Source: an uncultured Gammaproteobacteria bacterium (GTDB lineage Bacteria > Patescibacteriota > Patescibacteriia > Magasanikbacterales > GWA2-37-8). From it: a DNA stretch of 64,000 bases. Below the pieces are notes generated by a model, which worked only from the letters and a program-made list of their open reading frames with translations, was not told the DNA's origin and did no database searches. Of this stretch, positions 1 to 9,795 are shown piece after piece (within the stretch, counting starts at the first letter, position 1; every line of letters begins with the position of its first letter). Where the stretch lies: the NCBI GenBank assembly GCA_964355175.1, contig CAYHBZ010000001.1, positions 174,335 to 238,334 on the forward strand, read 5' to 3'. The translations under genes and the position numbers were made by a program.

Positions 1-137
1 TAAGCTTTTCCGGTATTCTTATCAAAAAAACTGACAAAACCGTTCAGCCAAATAGTGGAAAAGAAAAGATCGGCGTTGGGAATATCTTCGCCCAGCATCC
101 ACGGATCATTATTATTCAAATTTTTTAGCTTCATAGA

Positions 138-1598
138 TTATGAAGAAAGTTTTTTAACAATACCATTTTCTGCATCTACTTCTACCATATCTCCATCTTT
201 CAATACCAGTGTAGCAACCTTGGTACCAATCACGCAAGGAGTTTTTAATTCACGGGCTACGATAGCTGCGTGGCAGGTCAAACCTCCCTGATTTGTTATA
301 AAAGCTGCGGCTTTTTTCATGATAGGCAAAAGCGAAGGATCAGTGACTACTGAAACCAAAATCTGCCCTTCTTTAAATTTAGACATTTCTTTGACACTGT
401 TTACTATACATACCTCTCCTTTTACTTTACCAGGAAAACCACATTGGCCTTTGAGTTCATTTACTTCTTTTATTTTTGGTAAAACTAATTGACTGAATAA
501 TTTTTTAGCTTTTTCACCGGTCAACAGATAAATACTATCAGAATCAAAATAACCGACCGAATATTTAATTAAATTATTTATATATTCGGTATTCGCTTTG
601 TCTGTTTTTAAAATTTTAACCAAATCATCATAATATAGATTATATACTTGAGAAAGAGAAAGATGATAATCGCGGGCAATTTTAGATAGCAGCGGCTGAG
701 AAGCTTCATAACTTCTAAATAGCGCATCCATGCGATGAGCTTTAATAAACAGGATTTCTTCTAACAAACGAAACAATTTTTGATTTACATCTTCTATCTT
801 TAATTTCTTTATCCAAAATCTTTTATTTTTTAATAAGAACTGACTTTCATTTTTTAATTTGTTTAGAGTCTCGCCTACTATACCTTGTTTATTCAAACCA
901 GCGCAAACATCTATAAAATACTCTTTTGATAAACTCGGACCAGTCCAGCCAAAATGCAGCCAACTGTATTTTTTCCAATGATTTAAAATAGCTCTATCAT
1001 GCGTTTTTGATCCAAAATTATTTTTAGCCGCCAAAGCCAGCATTCCCCGCTCTTCTTGCTGAGCTTCAGATAACTCACGCGGTGTTATTAATATTTGAAA
1101 AACTTCTGTTTGTTCTTTTGAATTTAATGTAGTTTTGGAAAGATAATTTTTTAGATAGTCAGTTAAAAACGAATTCTCAAATTCTAAAACATTGGGCACC
1201 TGGCCATAAGCCCACAGATTATGATGCAGGTCATGAAATTTTTTAAGATGGATTAACTGTTGTTTTGATGAAAGTTTAGAAAAATCTACTTTTTTAAACT
1301 GAGCTGCTAAAATTTTTAATTTATCGGATAGACGGCGTAAATCCAAAAGTAGTTTCTCTAATAATTTTGGATTTTTAATTACATCTTTTAAATATCTTTC
1401 TCCGATATTATTCCATTCTGATTGAGAAATAAAAATTTTCTGAATATTTTTTTCTTGAATAGCTACCACTTGACTAAGTCCATAACCAAGACGTTTTTTT
1501 ATAGCATAAGACAGTCCACGCAAATAACAGCCGTGAAACCAACTAATACCCATATATTCACCATACAGAAACCAATCTTTAACCTTTAAATTTTTCAT
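138..1598 (-). CDS. Protein with a C-terminal PEP-utilizing-enzyme mobile (swivel phosphohistidine) domain and an unrecognised helical N-terminal region
   Basis: C-terminal ~100 aa match the PEP-utilisers swivel domain (ITNQGGLTCHAAIVARELKTPCVIGT with the conserved phospho-His). The N-terminal ~380 aa has no recognisable ATP-grasp or PPDK nucleotide-binding motifs. Confidence 0.5.
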   Translation of the reverse strand: MKNLKVKDWFLYGEYMGISWFHGCYLRGLSYAIKKRLGYGLSQVVAIQEKNIQKIFISQSEWNNIGERYLKDVIKNPKLLEKLLLDLRRLSDKLKILAAQFKKVDFSKLSSKQQLIHLKKFHDLHHNLWAYGQVPNVLEFENSFLTDYLKNYLSKTTLNSKEQTEVFQILITPRELSEAQQEERGMLALAAKNNFGSKTHDRAILNHWKKYSWLHFGWTGPSLSKEYFIDVCAGLNKQGIVGETLNKLKNESQFLLKNKRFWIKKLKIEDVNQKLFRLLEEILFIKAHRMDALFRSYEASQPLLSKIARDYHLSLSQVYNLYYDDLVKILKTDKANTEYINNLIKYSVGYFDSDSIYLLTGEKAKKLFSQLVLPKIKEVNELKGQCGFPGKVKGEVCIVNSVKEMSKFKEGQILVSVVTDPSLLPIMKKAAAFITNQGGLTCHAAIVARELKTPCVIGTKVATLVLKDGDMVEVDAENGIVKKLSS

Positions 1599-1647
1599 TC
1601 TTAGTACACTATAAATAAATACCCTATAATTATAGGGTATTTATGAG

Positions 1648-3822
1648 CTATTCGTCAATTTTATCCACTTGTCCGGATTTAAGTATTTTTGGCTTATGTT
1701 CGGGTGCTGGTTTTGGTTCAGAAGAATTAATTTCCGGCATTGCATATACTCGTACCGGCTTTTCTACTACCTGAGACGCGGGAGGGGTATATGATTTTTT
1801 ATCTTCATCTAGTGATAGGGGTGGTGGTGGACTGACAGGGGCTTTTGGAACTACAGGTTGTGTTGGATTCACCGGCGGTTGTGTCTGGTGGCGAGGCTCT
1901 ATGGTCGATGACTTAGATTGTTGAGGTGATTGTAAGGCGCTCAGAGATATTCCTTTTTGTTGTGTATCCACTATCGCCACTGGTGCGCTTTGATTGGGGT
2001 TGCCAAAATTTTGTCCCCCTTTATTTCTTTTTCTCTTTCTTTTACCACTACCAGACTGACCTGATTGGCCTGGCTGACCGGCGGGACGCTGCTGCATCTG
2101 ACTACCAGATGATGGCTGATTATTTGCTACCGGACGCACTACAGCGGAAGTGTGATGCGTGGTGGGCACTACTCTTGGTGCTGGATTGGACGGAGCGGGC
2201 GCAGGAATTGCCGGAAGTACATTGATATTATTTTCAATCACCACAATATTTTGCATCGGTTCGGCTACTGGAGCAGGAGCGACCGAAGCTGGGGCGGGAG
2301 CTGACTGTGGTGTTGGTTTAGGCTCTGCTGGTTTTGGAGCAGGCGGTGGAGTGCTAGGCGGTGGTGTAGGTTTGGTAGCAGCTGGCGGCGGAGTTTTGGC
2401 CACTGGTTTTTCTACTGGTTTTTTATCTTTTGGAAATTCCGCAAACATTGAATCTTCATCATCTACTTCCAGCTGAGCGGCTTCATCGCCTGGAATAATC
2501 ACCATACCGCTCCAACGCGCAATTTTATCTTCGATCTTTTCTCTGTTTACAGCGTAGCGTTCACGCGACACACGCACCACTTTTTCCATACTGCCGGTGG
2601 CCTGCGCGATAGGAGCCATAGTGAGCGCGCTAAACGGACGACTGGCCACACCATCAATCATTAATTTAAGATAGATATGAAACTTTGGCAGATTGATAAG
2701 ATCTTCTTCGACAAAAGTAGGAATAAATTCTTTGGCCAAAATTTCGGCATCACTGGATCCTACACGAAAAGTTACGATAGTACCCACGTTACCAATTACA
2801 GCCGCTAATACTTCTTCTTCGAGCTGTTCCATATATTGGTGAGCCATCGTGAGGTCCAAGCGATATTTACGGGCTTCAGATAAAATATTAGCAAAAGATT
2901 CAGTCGCAAAATTTTGAAATTCATCTACATACAAAAAGAAATCTTTACGCTCAGTTTCAGGCGTATCTACGCGCTCCATGGCGGAGAGCTGAATTTTGGT
3001 GATAAGCATACCGCCAAGCAGACGCGAATTATCTTCACCAATTCTGCCTTTACTGAGGTTCATGATGAAAATCTTTTTCTCATCCATGATCTCGCGAATA
3101 TTAATACGAGATTTTACCTGCGCTACGATATTACGAATCACCGAAGCTGATAAAAATTGACCAATTTTATTTTGGATAGGAGCTACGGCTTCTTGTTTAT
3201 ATTTATCATTGTACGAAGCAAACTCTGTCTGCCAAAAAGCTTTTATTACCGGATCCTGAGTATTATTCACTACGCGGCGGCGATATTCTTCGTCGGCGAG
3301 CAATCTATTAATACCCAAAAGAGTGGTGCCGGGAAAATCCAAAAGCGCCAAAATAGTATTATTTAAAATGTATTCCATTCTTGAGCTCCAAACATCCGGC
3401 CAAATTTTCTTGAACACACCCATCAAACCAGAAGCTACTAAATGTTTTTGATCCGGACGAATGGTTTCCAAAATATTAAAGCCGATTGGATAATCCAAAT
3501 CGGACGGATTGAAATATACCACATCATTGATGCGGTTGGCTGGAATATAATTGAGAATTTTTTCAGCGGTGTCACCATGTGGATCTACATAGCCCAAGCC
3601 ATGGCCGGCATAGATATCGTTGAGCACCATGTTTTCCAGCAAAGTAGTTTTGCCCATACCGGTTTTACCCACTACATACATATGGCGACGGCGATCGTCG
3701 AGCTTGATACCAAATTTGCGATTTTGATTGCGATAGTTGGCCAAACCAAAAAAATTAACATCGGGATTACCCAGTGGATTATTGGCAGGATCTGTACTTG
3801 GATCTAAAATTAAATCGCTCAT
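1648..3822 (-). CDS. VirD4/TraD/TraG-family P-loop ATPase (type IV coupling-protein-like) with a long Pro/Ala/Ser/Gln-rich C-terminal tail
   Basis: Walker A YVVGKTGMGKTT and Walker B LYVDEFQNF, with overall TraD/VirD4-like layout. No N-terminal TM helices. The last ~300 aa are a low-complexity PAPAP/TPPP tract containing GKRKRKRNKG. The DNA at 1800-2500 is correspondingly GC-rich and repetitive. Confidence 0.6.
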   Translation of the reverse strand: MSDLILDPSTDPANNPLGNPDVNFFGLANYRNQNRKFGIKLDDRRRHMYVVGKTGMGKTTLLENMVLNDIYAGHGLGYVDPHGDTAEKILNYIPANRINDVVYFNPSDLDYPIGFNILETIRPDQKHLVASGLMGVFKKIWPDVWSSRMEYILNNTILALLDFPGTTLLGINRLLADEEYRRRVVNNTQDPVIKAFWQTEFASYNDKYKQEAVAPIQNKIGQFLSASVIRNIVAQVKSRINIREIMDEKKIFIMNLSKGRIGEDNSRLLGGMLITKIQLSAMERVDTPETERKDFFLYVDEFQNFATESFANILSEARKYRLDLTMAHQYMEQLEEEVLAAVIGNVGTIVTFRVGSSDAEILAKEFIPTFVEEDLINLPKFHIYLKLMIDGVASRPFSALTMAPIAQATGSMEKVVRVSRERYAVNREKIEDKIARWSGMVIIPGDEAAQLEVDDEDSMFAEFPKDKKPVEKPVAKTPPPAATKPTPPPSTPPPAPKPAEPKPTPQSAPAPASVAPAPVAEPMQNIVVIENNINVLPAIPAPAPSNPAPRVVPTTHHTSAVVRPVANNQPSSGSQMQQRPAGQPGQSGQSGSGKRKRKRNKGGQNFGNPNQSAPVAIVDTQQKGISLSALQSPQQSKSSTIEPRHQTQPPVNPTQPVVPKAPVSPPPPLSLDEDKKSYTPPASQVVEKPVRVYAMPEINSSEPKPAPEHKPKILKSGQVDKIDE

Positions 3823-3861
3823 GAATATATTATAACATTTTTAGCAGAGAATGATAAGGGA

Positions 3862-4404
3862 TTAAGGCCTTTTGCCAATAAAATCTCGAACCAAACTCCA
3901 AGCGGCCAAAGCATGACCTTGCCAGATCTCTCCTCTTTTAATCATCTCGTTTATTTCTTCCGGGCGACGCAATAAAATTTCTATATCTTCCATGTCATCC
4001 AAATGAGGTGTACTAGCGTTGCCGATCTCATTGGCCAAAAATACATGACAAAGATCACGACAAACACCACCATCTGGCTCAAATTCTCCCAATTTAGAAA
4101 AATTACTAGATTCAAAACCGGTTTCTTCTTTTAATTCTCGAATTGCGGATTGTGCTGGCGTTTCATCGGCTTCGATTTTTCCTCCTGGAAATTCTACACT
4201 GTAACGGTCGCGCAAATAACGATACTGACGCACCATAACAATCCTGCCGTCATCCAGCACTGGCACTATCACGGTATTGCCCGTAATATCCACATAAAAA
4301 TATTCTGACTCTTTATCGTCTACTAAAATCTTATCACGCTTATATGACCAATAGGGATTTTTATGAATCACTTCTTCCGAAATTTTCTGAAACTTTTTTG
4401 GCAT
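3862..4404 (-). CDS. NUDIX hydrolase (ADP-ribose pyrophosphatase-like)
   Basis: Nudix box GGKIEADETPAQSAIRELKEETG. Confidence 0.8.
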   Translation of the reverse strand: MPKKFQKISEEVIHKNPYWSYKRDKILVDDKESEYFYVDITGNTVIVPVLDDGRIVMVRQYRYLRDRYSVEFPGGKIEADETPAQSAIRELKEETGFESSNFSKLGEFEPDGGVCRDLCHVFLANEIGNASTPHLDDMEDIEILLRRPEEINEMIKRGEIWQGHALAAWSLVRDFIGKRP

Positions 4405-4406
4405 AA

Positions 4407-4811
4407 TTACTTATTAAATAATTCAAACAACTCCGCCGGTGTTTTGTCGCCTGGATTTTTGATAATCGAATGCATATTACCACCACCGTCACCCTCGTAG
4501 CGTGGAATAATATGCCAATGGACATGCGGTACTGCTTGACCGGCAACTGGACCGTTATTTATTCCGATATTCATCCCGTCTGGTTTGAGTTTGGATTGCA
4601 CTCGCCCGGCCGCGGCGCGCAACCCCGCGGTTACATCTTGGAATGTTTCTGTATTCATTTCCCAGATTGTTTCAAAATGTTTTTTTGGTATCACCACCGT
4701 ATGACCTTTGGCTACGGGAAAAATATCTAAAAAGGCCAAAACATTTTCATCTTCATATACGGTATAATTTGGCACTTCCTTATTTATAATTTTACAAAAA
4801 ATACAATTCAT
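4407..4811 (-). CDS. HIT-family nucleotide hydrolase/transferase
   Basis: Histidine-triad motif HVHWHIIPR; size ~134 aa typical of HIT/Hint proteins. Confidence 0.85.
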   Translation of the reverse strand: MNCIFCKIINKEVPNYTVYEDENVLAFLDIFPVAKGHTVVIPKKHFETIWEMNTETFQDVTAGLRAAAGRVQSKLKPDGMNIGINNGPVAGQAVPHVHWHIIPRYEGDGGGNMHSIIKNPGDKTPAELFELFNK

Positions 4812-4816
4812 ATATT

Positions 4817-6943
4817 TTAAAAATTAAATACTTTAATATTTCCAAACTTGGCCAATGGCGTGTTTAGATTATAATCCCCTACTAAATAACAACTATCTGA
4901 CCCTACCCACCCGCGGGCTTCCTTGGTGGCGCGTTCGGGATTGGCAGAGGACAGCGCGAGTAATTGCATTCTCTCAGGCTGACCAAAACTAGAGTCAATC
5001 GGAAAACCGCCGCCCACTACTCTGCGGCCGGAAATCTGTTCCAGCGCCAACAGCGGATAGGTATCGGCCAACACACAAATTTTCTGTCTGCCCTCTTCCC
5101 TATTCCAAACATATTGCATAGCCTCATACTCATTTTTGGAAACCACGCGCGTATCCGGACCAAGCGTATATGAAGCCGCGATAGCGAAAGAGAAAATAAA
5201 AACTGTTAAAAAGATTATTATTTTATTTTTCAAAAAATTATATCCAAAATAAACTGCCGGTAAAATAATTAAAATAGCCAAAGTAGCATCCAACCGACGA
5301 GTGAGTATATTGTCCCCGCTCAAAAAATAGCGCGATATAATATAACCACCAAATACACTGGACGAAAAAATTATCCAAAAATTATTTATTCGACTGTGGA
5401 TCTGCAGCATTTTTTTCAGGCCCAAAATCCAAATGAGCCAAAATGCCAACATGACCAAAACCATCCAGCCGCGCCAGGCGATAAATCCATTGGTAGTAAG
5501 AGCGCTAAGCGGCGGCTGATTGAAAAAAATATTTCCAGTACTGATATCACTAGCACGCAAACCAAACCCTGCGTACCAGCCGCTTAAATTTCCAACCACC
5601 GCTTTGATCTGCGCCCACCAATTTAATTGGTCCTTGAAGGTGGAAAAACCAGATATTAATTCAATAGCCGGTATTGAAAGCATTGTAAAAATACCAACCA
5701 CGAACAAATGATTTTTTGAAAATTTTAATCTTAACAAATTTATTAAAACAAAAGCCAGCCAAAATAAAACAAAAAATACCGTATGAGTAAAGATGGACAA
5801 GACACCGAGGATAATTAAAAATACCGCACCCCCATCCGTGGGTTTCTGACTATTTTTAATAATTAACCACAAACTAAACAACCAAAATAATATTCCCAAA
5901 TTCGCCGGCAAACTAAAACTTCCGCTCACTTGCAGAGCAAACGGCCAAGCCGCTAGCCATACCAAAAATAGAGCGGCTCTTTTTTCTAAATTATAGGCCC
6001 TGGCAATCTCAAATAAAATTATCGGCAAAATTAGTGACCAGATTATCGGCAAAAAATATTTTATAAAAACAATCGGATCCACTTGGCATAATTTCTGAAA
6101 TAGCAAAGACAGCGAATTAAACTGCGCGTAGGCCAGAGAACCAAAATCAAGTTTCTGCCAAAAACCAAGCGGCGCGGAGCTTAAAGATGGAGACACAATC
6201 GCGCCGGACTGCCACCAGCTACTTTCTGTGGCCAGATGACGCCAGCCATCGGCGCCATAAAATAATTCATGACTCAAGGGTAAATAGGCGTGCAATAAAA
6301 ACGCGTGAATAATTAACAAAAATAAAATCGTGCCGGCTTTTAAACGAGAAAAGATCAATAGTCCCAAAATTAAAGTCGCGGCAAAAAATGCCAAAATAAA
6401 TTCTGGCGATATTGTCTGCCACGGCGTCATTAAAACAGCGCTACTTTTACTTTTATACAATAAATAAAAAGCAACCGCCACAATTGCCAAATACAATATT
6501 ACTCCCGCTTTGCTGGTTGGCAATTCTTCTATCACTTCTTTGTTTTGATCTTCAATCTCGGCCGCTTCTTCCACCCTATGACTATATTGTTTTAAATATC
6601 CAAAAAATAATCCTGTGATAAAAGTGCCGATAGCCAAAGCAAATCCAGACATTGTGTAAATTAAAGCGACCGCTCCGACCACGCTTCCCCAGACACACAA
6701 TACCAAAAAAATAGCGACTACTCGAATTCGGAAACTTGCCGACACACCAAAATATTGTCGCAAAAATTTATGGGCAGACGAAGCAAAATATAGACAAAAG
6801 CTCACCAAAACAAGCCAGCCGACAGTGGCGCTGTGCCAAAAAAGTATATTTATTAGAGTAAAAAATGACCAAGTCAGGGCAAGCGTAGCCTCCTTAAATA
6901 AAGACAGTTTGTTCATATGGTCTCTATTATAACAAAATACCAA
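4817..6943 (-). CDS. Large polytopic membrane protein (>12 predicted TM helices), possibly GT-C-fold glycosyltransferase-like
   Basis: Long hydrophobic segments run throughout the ORF, with a ~120-aa soluble C-terminus. No definitive catalytic motif recognised (WWQSG only loosely resembles the oligosaccharyltransferase WWDYG motif). Start may be at the internal MNKLS (6916). Confidence 0.5.
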   Translation of the reverse strand: MVFCYNRDHMNKLSLFKEATLALTWSFFTLINILFWHSATVGWLVLVSFCLYFASSAHKFLRQYFGVSASFRIRVVAIFLVLCVWGSVVGAVALIYTMSGFALAIGTFITGLFFGYLKQYSHRVEEAAEIEDQNKEVIEELPTSKAGVILYLAIVAVAFYLLYKSKSSAVLMTPWQTISPEFILAFFAATLILGLLIFSRLKAGTILFLLIIHAFLLHAYLPLSHELFYGADGWRHLATESSWWQSGAIVSPSLSSAPLGFWQKLDFGSLAYAQFNSLSLLFQKLCQVDPIVFIKYFLPIIWSLILPIILFEIARAYNLEKRAALFLVWLAAWPFALQVSGSFSLPANLGILFWLFSLWLIIKNSQKPTDGGAVFLIILGVLSIFTHTVFFVLFWLAFVLINLLRLKFSKNHLFVVGIFTMLSIPAIELISGFSTFKDQLNWWAQIKAVVGNLSGWYAGFGLRASDISTGNIFFNQPPLSALTTNGFIAWRGWMVLVMLAFWLIWILGLKKMLQIHSRINNFWIIFSSSVFGGYIISRYFLSGDNILTRRLDATLAILIILPAVYFGYNFLKNKIIIFLTVFIFSFAIAASYTLGPDTRVVSKNEYEAMQYVWNREEGRQKICVLADTYPLLALEQISGRRVVGGGFPIDSSFGQPERMQLLALSSANPERATKEARGWVGSDSCYLVGDYNLNTPLAKFGNIKVFNF

Positions 6944-7044
6944 AAAAGCGCAAAAATTAGCGAATTAAATATACACACTTTAGTCACATACCATCCCCAA
7001 AATGACTTGCCCAAATAATTGGTTTAAGATACCATATACGAACT

Positions 7045-8502
7045 ATGAGCAACGAACGAGAGCTGGACAAAATACCACCGCAAAGTTTGGAAGCTGAAAT
7101 GTCGCTTCTGGGCTCTTTGCTTTTGGATAAAGACGCGATGTTAAAAATCGCTGACCTTATCCGTGAAGAAGATTTCTACAAAGATGCCAACGCGCGTATC
7201 TTTGAAGTGATTAGTGAATTATATTCCCGAAACGAACCGGCGGATTTATTGACTCTGAGCACTCGTTTGGAAGAAAAAGGCACTTTGGAAATGTGTGGAG
7301 GCCGTACTTATCTGGCTACTTTGGTAAATGCCGTACCAACTGCTTCCAATGTCGCGAACTATGCCAACATTGTGCATCGCAAAGCGGTGCGTCGTCGTTT
7401 GCTTAGCGCTTCTCATGAAATTTCGCGCCTAGGCTATGAAGAAGAAAATGAAATTGAAAAAGTATTGGACGAAGCCCAACAAAGTTTATTTGCGGTTTCT
7501 CAGATCCATTTTAAACAAACCTTTACTCCAATTCGTAATGTTTTGACAGATGCTTTTGATCGCATTGATGATCTGCACAAAAATAAAGGTCAGCTACGCG
7601 GTGTCGCCACCGGCTTTACCCAACTCGATAATCTCTTGGCTGGTTTACAAAAATCCGATCTTATTATCTTGGCGGCACGTCCGAGTGTGGGAAAAACTTC
7701 CTTGGCTCTGGATATGGTTCGCCATGTTGCCACCAAACTAAAAACTCCAGTCGGAATGTTTTCTCTGGAAATGAGTAAGGAACAGCTGGTAGACCGTATG
7801 CTTTGTTCCCAAGCGGGCATTGACTTATGGCGCATGCGTACCGGTCGTCTTTCGGACAAACCAGAAGATGATGATTTTCCGCGTATTGGACACGCGATCG
7901 GTGTACTGTCGGAAGCACCTATCTATATTGATGATTCCGGTAGTTTAAATATTTTACAACTACGTACCAAAGCCCGTCGTTTGCAGAGCGAACATGGTTT
8001 GGGTTTATTGGTAATTGATTATTTACAACTGATGGATTCTACCAGTGGTAAAACTGACAACCGTGTGCAAGAAGTGGCCGAGATCAGTCGTGGTCTCAAA
8101 GCCCTAGCCCGTGAATTGAACGTACCAATCTTGGCACTATCCCAGTTATCTCGTACTGTAGAACAAAGCAAGCCAGCTATTCCAAAACTTTCTCACTTGC
8201 GTGAATCCGGATCTATTGAACAGGATGCGGATGTGGTATTATTTATCTATCGCAAAACAGCGGATCGTAACTATCGCCTGGAAGATATTCCGCCCGACGA
8301 ACGCAATATGGCCGAAATTCATATCGCCAAACACAGAAACGGTCCGACCGGTTTGGTGAAGACGGCTTTCGTGGAACACCTCGCCTCTTTCCGCAATATG
8401 GATACCAGCCACACTCCACCGTCCTCCGCCAGCACCGCTTCACAACCGCTCAAACCAAAATCCGCTTTTGTTCGACAAAGCAACAGCGAACCAGAATACT
8501 AA
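7045..8502 (+). CDS. dnaB: Replicative DNA helicase DnaB
   Basis: N-terminal DnaB domain (LEAEMSLLGSLLLD), Walker A ARPSVGKTSLALD, RecA-like C-terminal domain with SQLSR motif; 485 aa, no intein. Confidence 0.9.
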   Translation: MSNERELDKIPPQSLEAEMSLLGSLLLDKDAMLKIADLIREEDFYKDANARIFEVISELYSRNEPADLLTLSTRLEEKGTLEMCGGRTYLATLVNAVPTASNVANYANIVHRKAVRRRLLSASHEISRLGYEEENEIEKVLDEAQQSLFAVSQIHFKQTFTPIRNVLTDAFDRIDDLHKNKGQLRGVATGFTQLDNLLAGLQKSDLIILAARPSVGKTSLALDMVRHVATKLKTPVGMFSLEMSKEQLVDRMLCSQAGIDLWRMRTGRLSDKPEDDDFPRIGHAIGVLSEAPIYIDDSGSLNILQLRTKARRLQSEHGLGLLVIDYLQLMDSTSGKTDNRVQEVAEISRGLKALARELNVPILALSQLSRTVEQSKPAIPKLSHLRESGSIEQDADVVLFIYRKTADRNYRLEDIPPDERNMAEIHIAKHRNGPTGLVKTAFVEHLASFRNMDTSHTPPSSASTASQPLKPKSAFVRQSNSEPEY

Positions 8503-8518
8503 TTTTAAATAAAAATAT

Positions 8519-8824
8519 ATGTCAATGCTCGGCAAACTAAAACAGTTCAAAGATTTGCGTGATCAAGGAAAAAAATTACAGGATTTAATCGGCGACGAAT
8601 CCGTCACTGTCGATAAATTTGGCGGCAAAGTGGTACTTACCATGAATGGAAATTTAGCCATCACCGGCCTCGCTATTGACCCAGGCGTGATGACACCTGA
8701 CAACAAACAAAAATTGGAAGAAGCTATCAAAGACGCTCATGCTGAAGCATTCAAAAAAATGCAGCGCACCATCGCGATGAAAATGCAAAAATCCGGTGAC
8801 TTTAACATGCCGGGCCTAAACTAA
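8519..8824 (+). CDS. ybaB: YbaB/EbfC nucleoid-associated DNA-binding protein
   Basis: ~100 aa with YbaB-like pattern (MNGNLAITGLAIDP..., KDAHAEAFKKMQ). Sits in the conserved ybaB-recR pair. Confidence 0.85.
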   Translation: MSMLGKLKQFKDLRDQGKKLQDLIGDESVTVDKFGGKVVLTMNGNLAITGLAIDPGVMTPDNKQKLEEAIKDAHAEAFKKMQRTIAMKMQKSGDFNMPGLN

Positions 8825-9421
8825 ATGTTTTCACCCAGCATCAACCAACTTATAGAATCATTAAAAAAACTACCGTCGGTAGGACAACATACCGCAGAAC
8901 GGTATGTTTTTCATTGGCTACATTCCGGCAAAGGTGAAGTGAACGAGCTCAAAGACGCACTGGATAATCTGCTCAAAAATACCAAGAGCTGTAGTGTGTG
9001 CTGGAATTTTTCTGATACTAATCCCTGTACTATTTGTGTCAACGACAAGCGCGACCACAATCAGATCTGCGTGGTGGCCGAGGTACCGGATATTATCGCT
9101 TTAGAAAAAACTTCAGCCTACAGCGGCGTATACCATGTGTTACGCGGCAGTATTGATGGCGGAGATTTGGATCATGTGGCCGATCTGAAAATTCAACAAC
9201 TGCTCAAACGGGTAAAAGAAAATATAGATTTAAAAGAAGTAGTGCTGGCATTGAGCCCGGATATGAGCGGTGAAACCACCATGTTGTATCTAAAAAAAGA
9301 AATAACCAATATTAATCCAAAAATAAAAATTACTCGCCTCGCGCGGGGATTGCCAATGGGGAGTGACTTGCAGTATGCGGATGAGATTACTCTTGGGAGT
9401 GCAATGAATAATAGAGTTTAA
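8825..9421 (+). CDS. recR: Recombination protein RecR
   Basis: HhH N-terminus (LKKLPSVGQHTAERYVFH), C4 zinc finger (CSVCWNFSDTNPCTIC), Toprim domain. Confidence 0.9.
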   Translation: MFSPSINQLIESLKKLPSVGQHTAERYVFHWLHSGKGEVNELKDALDNLLKNTKSCSVCWNFSDTNPCTICVNDKRDHNQICVVAEVPDIIALEKTSAYSGVYHVLRGSIDGGDLDHVADLKIQQLLKRVKENIDLKEVVLALSPDMSGETTMLYLKKEITNINPKIKITRLARGLPMGSDLQYADEITLGSAMNNRV

Positions 9422-9438
9422 ATTCTATAAACCAACCT

Positions 9439-9792
9439 ATGAAAAAAGAATTAGACATGGTAAAAGAATTCCATAAAAAATTTAACGCTCTAGTTTCAGA
9501 AACCCCATCTTTAATACCGGAAGACAGATCAAATAATCGATACCGCCTAATGCACGATGAAGTTGAGGAATACTTACTTGGTGCCAAAAATAAAGATCTA
9601 GAAAATATAGCCAAAGAATTGGCCGATATACTCTACACTGTCTATGGAACAATAGCAGAACATGGATTGCAGGATAAAATGGAAAGGATATTTGAAGAAG
9701 TACACAAATCAAATATGAGTAAAGATTATCATGAATATAAAATGATTAAGGGACCAGATTATTTCAAAGCAGATGTTAAAAAATTTTTATAA
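9439..9792 (+). CDS. MazG-like / HisE-like nucleotide pyrophosphohydrolase domain protein
   Basis: Small all-helical protein with E-x-x-E-type motifs (HDEVEEY ... KELADIL) typical of the MazG/NTP-PPase superfamily. Confidence 0.5.
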   Translation: MKKELDMVKEFHKKFNALVSETPSLIPEDRSNNRYRLMHDEVEEYLLGAKNKDLENIAKELADILYTVYGTIAEHGLQDKMERIFEEVHKSNMSKDYHEYKMIKGPDYFKADVKKFL

Positions 9793-9795
9793 ACA

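Noticed and set aside
55-291. Plus-strand 78-aa ORF at the window start
   Set aside because: Entirely antisense to the C-terminal PEP-utilizers domain of the 138..1598 gene; no motif support.
1926-2476. Plus-strand ORFs, including a Gly/Ala-rich 105-aa ORF (2159..2476)
   Set aside because: Antisense translation of the Pro/Ala-rich low-complexity tail of the VirD4-like gene, which gives a Gly/Ala-rich mirror; an artefact.
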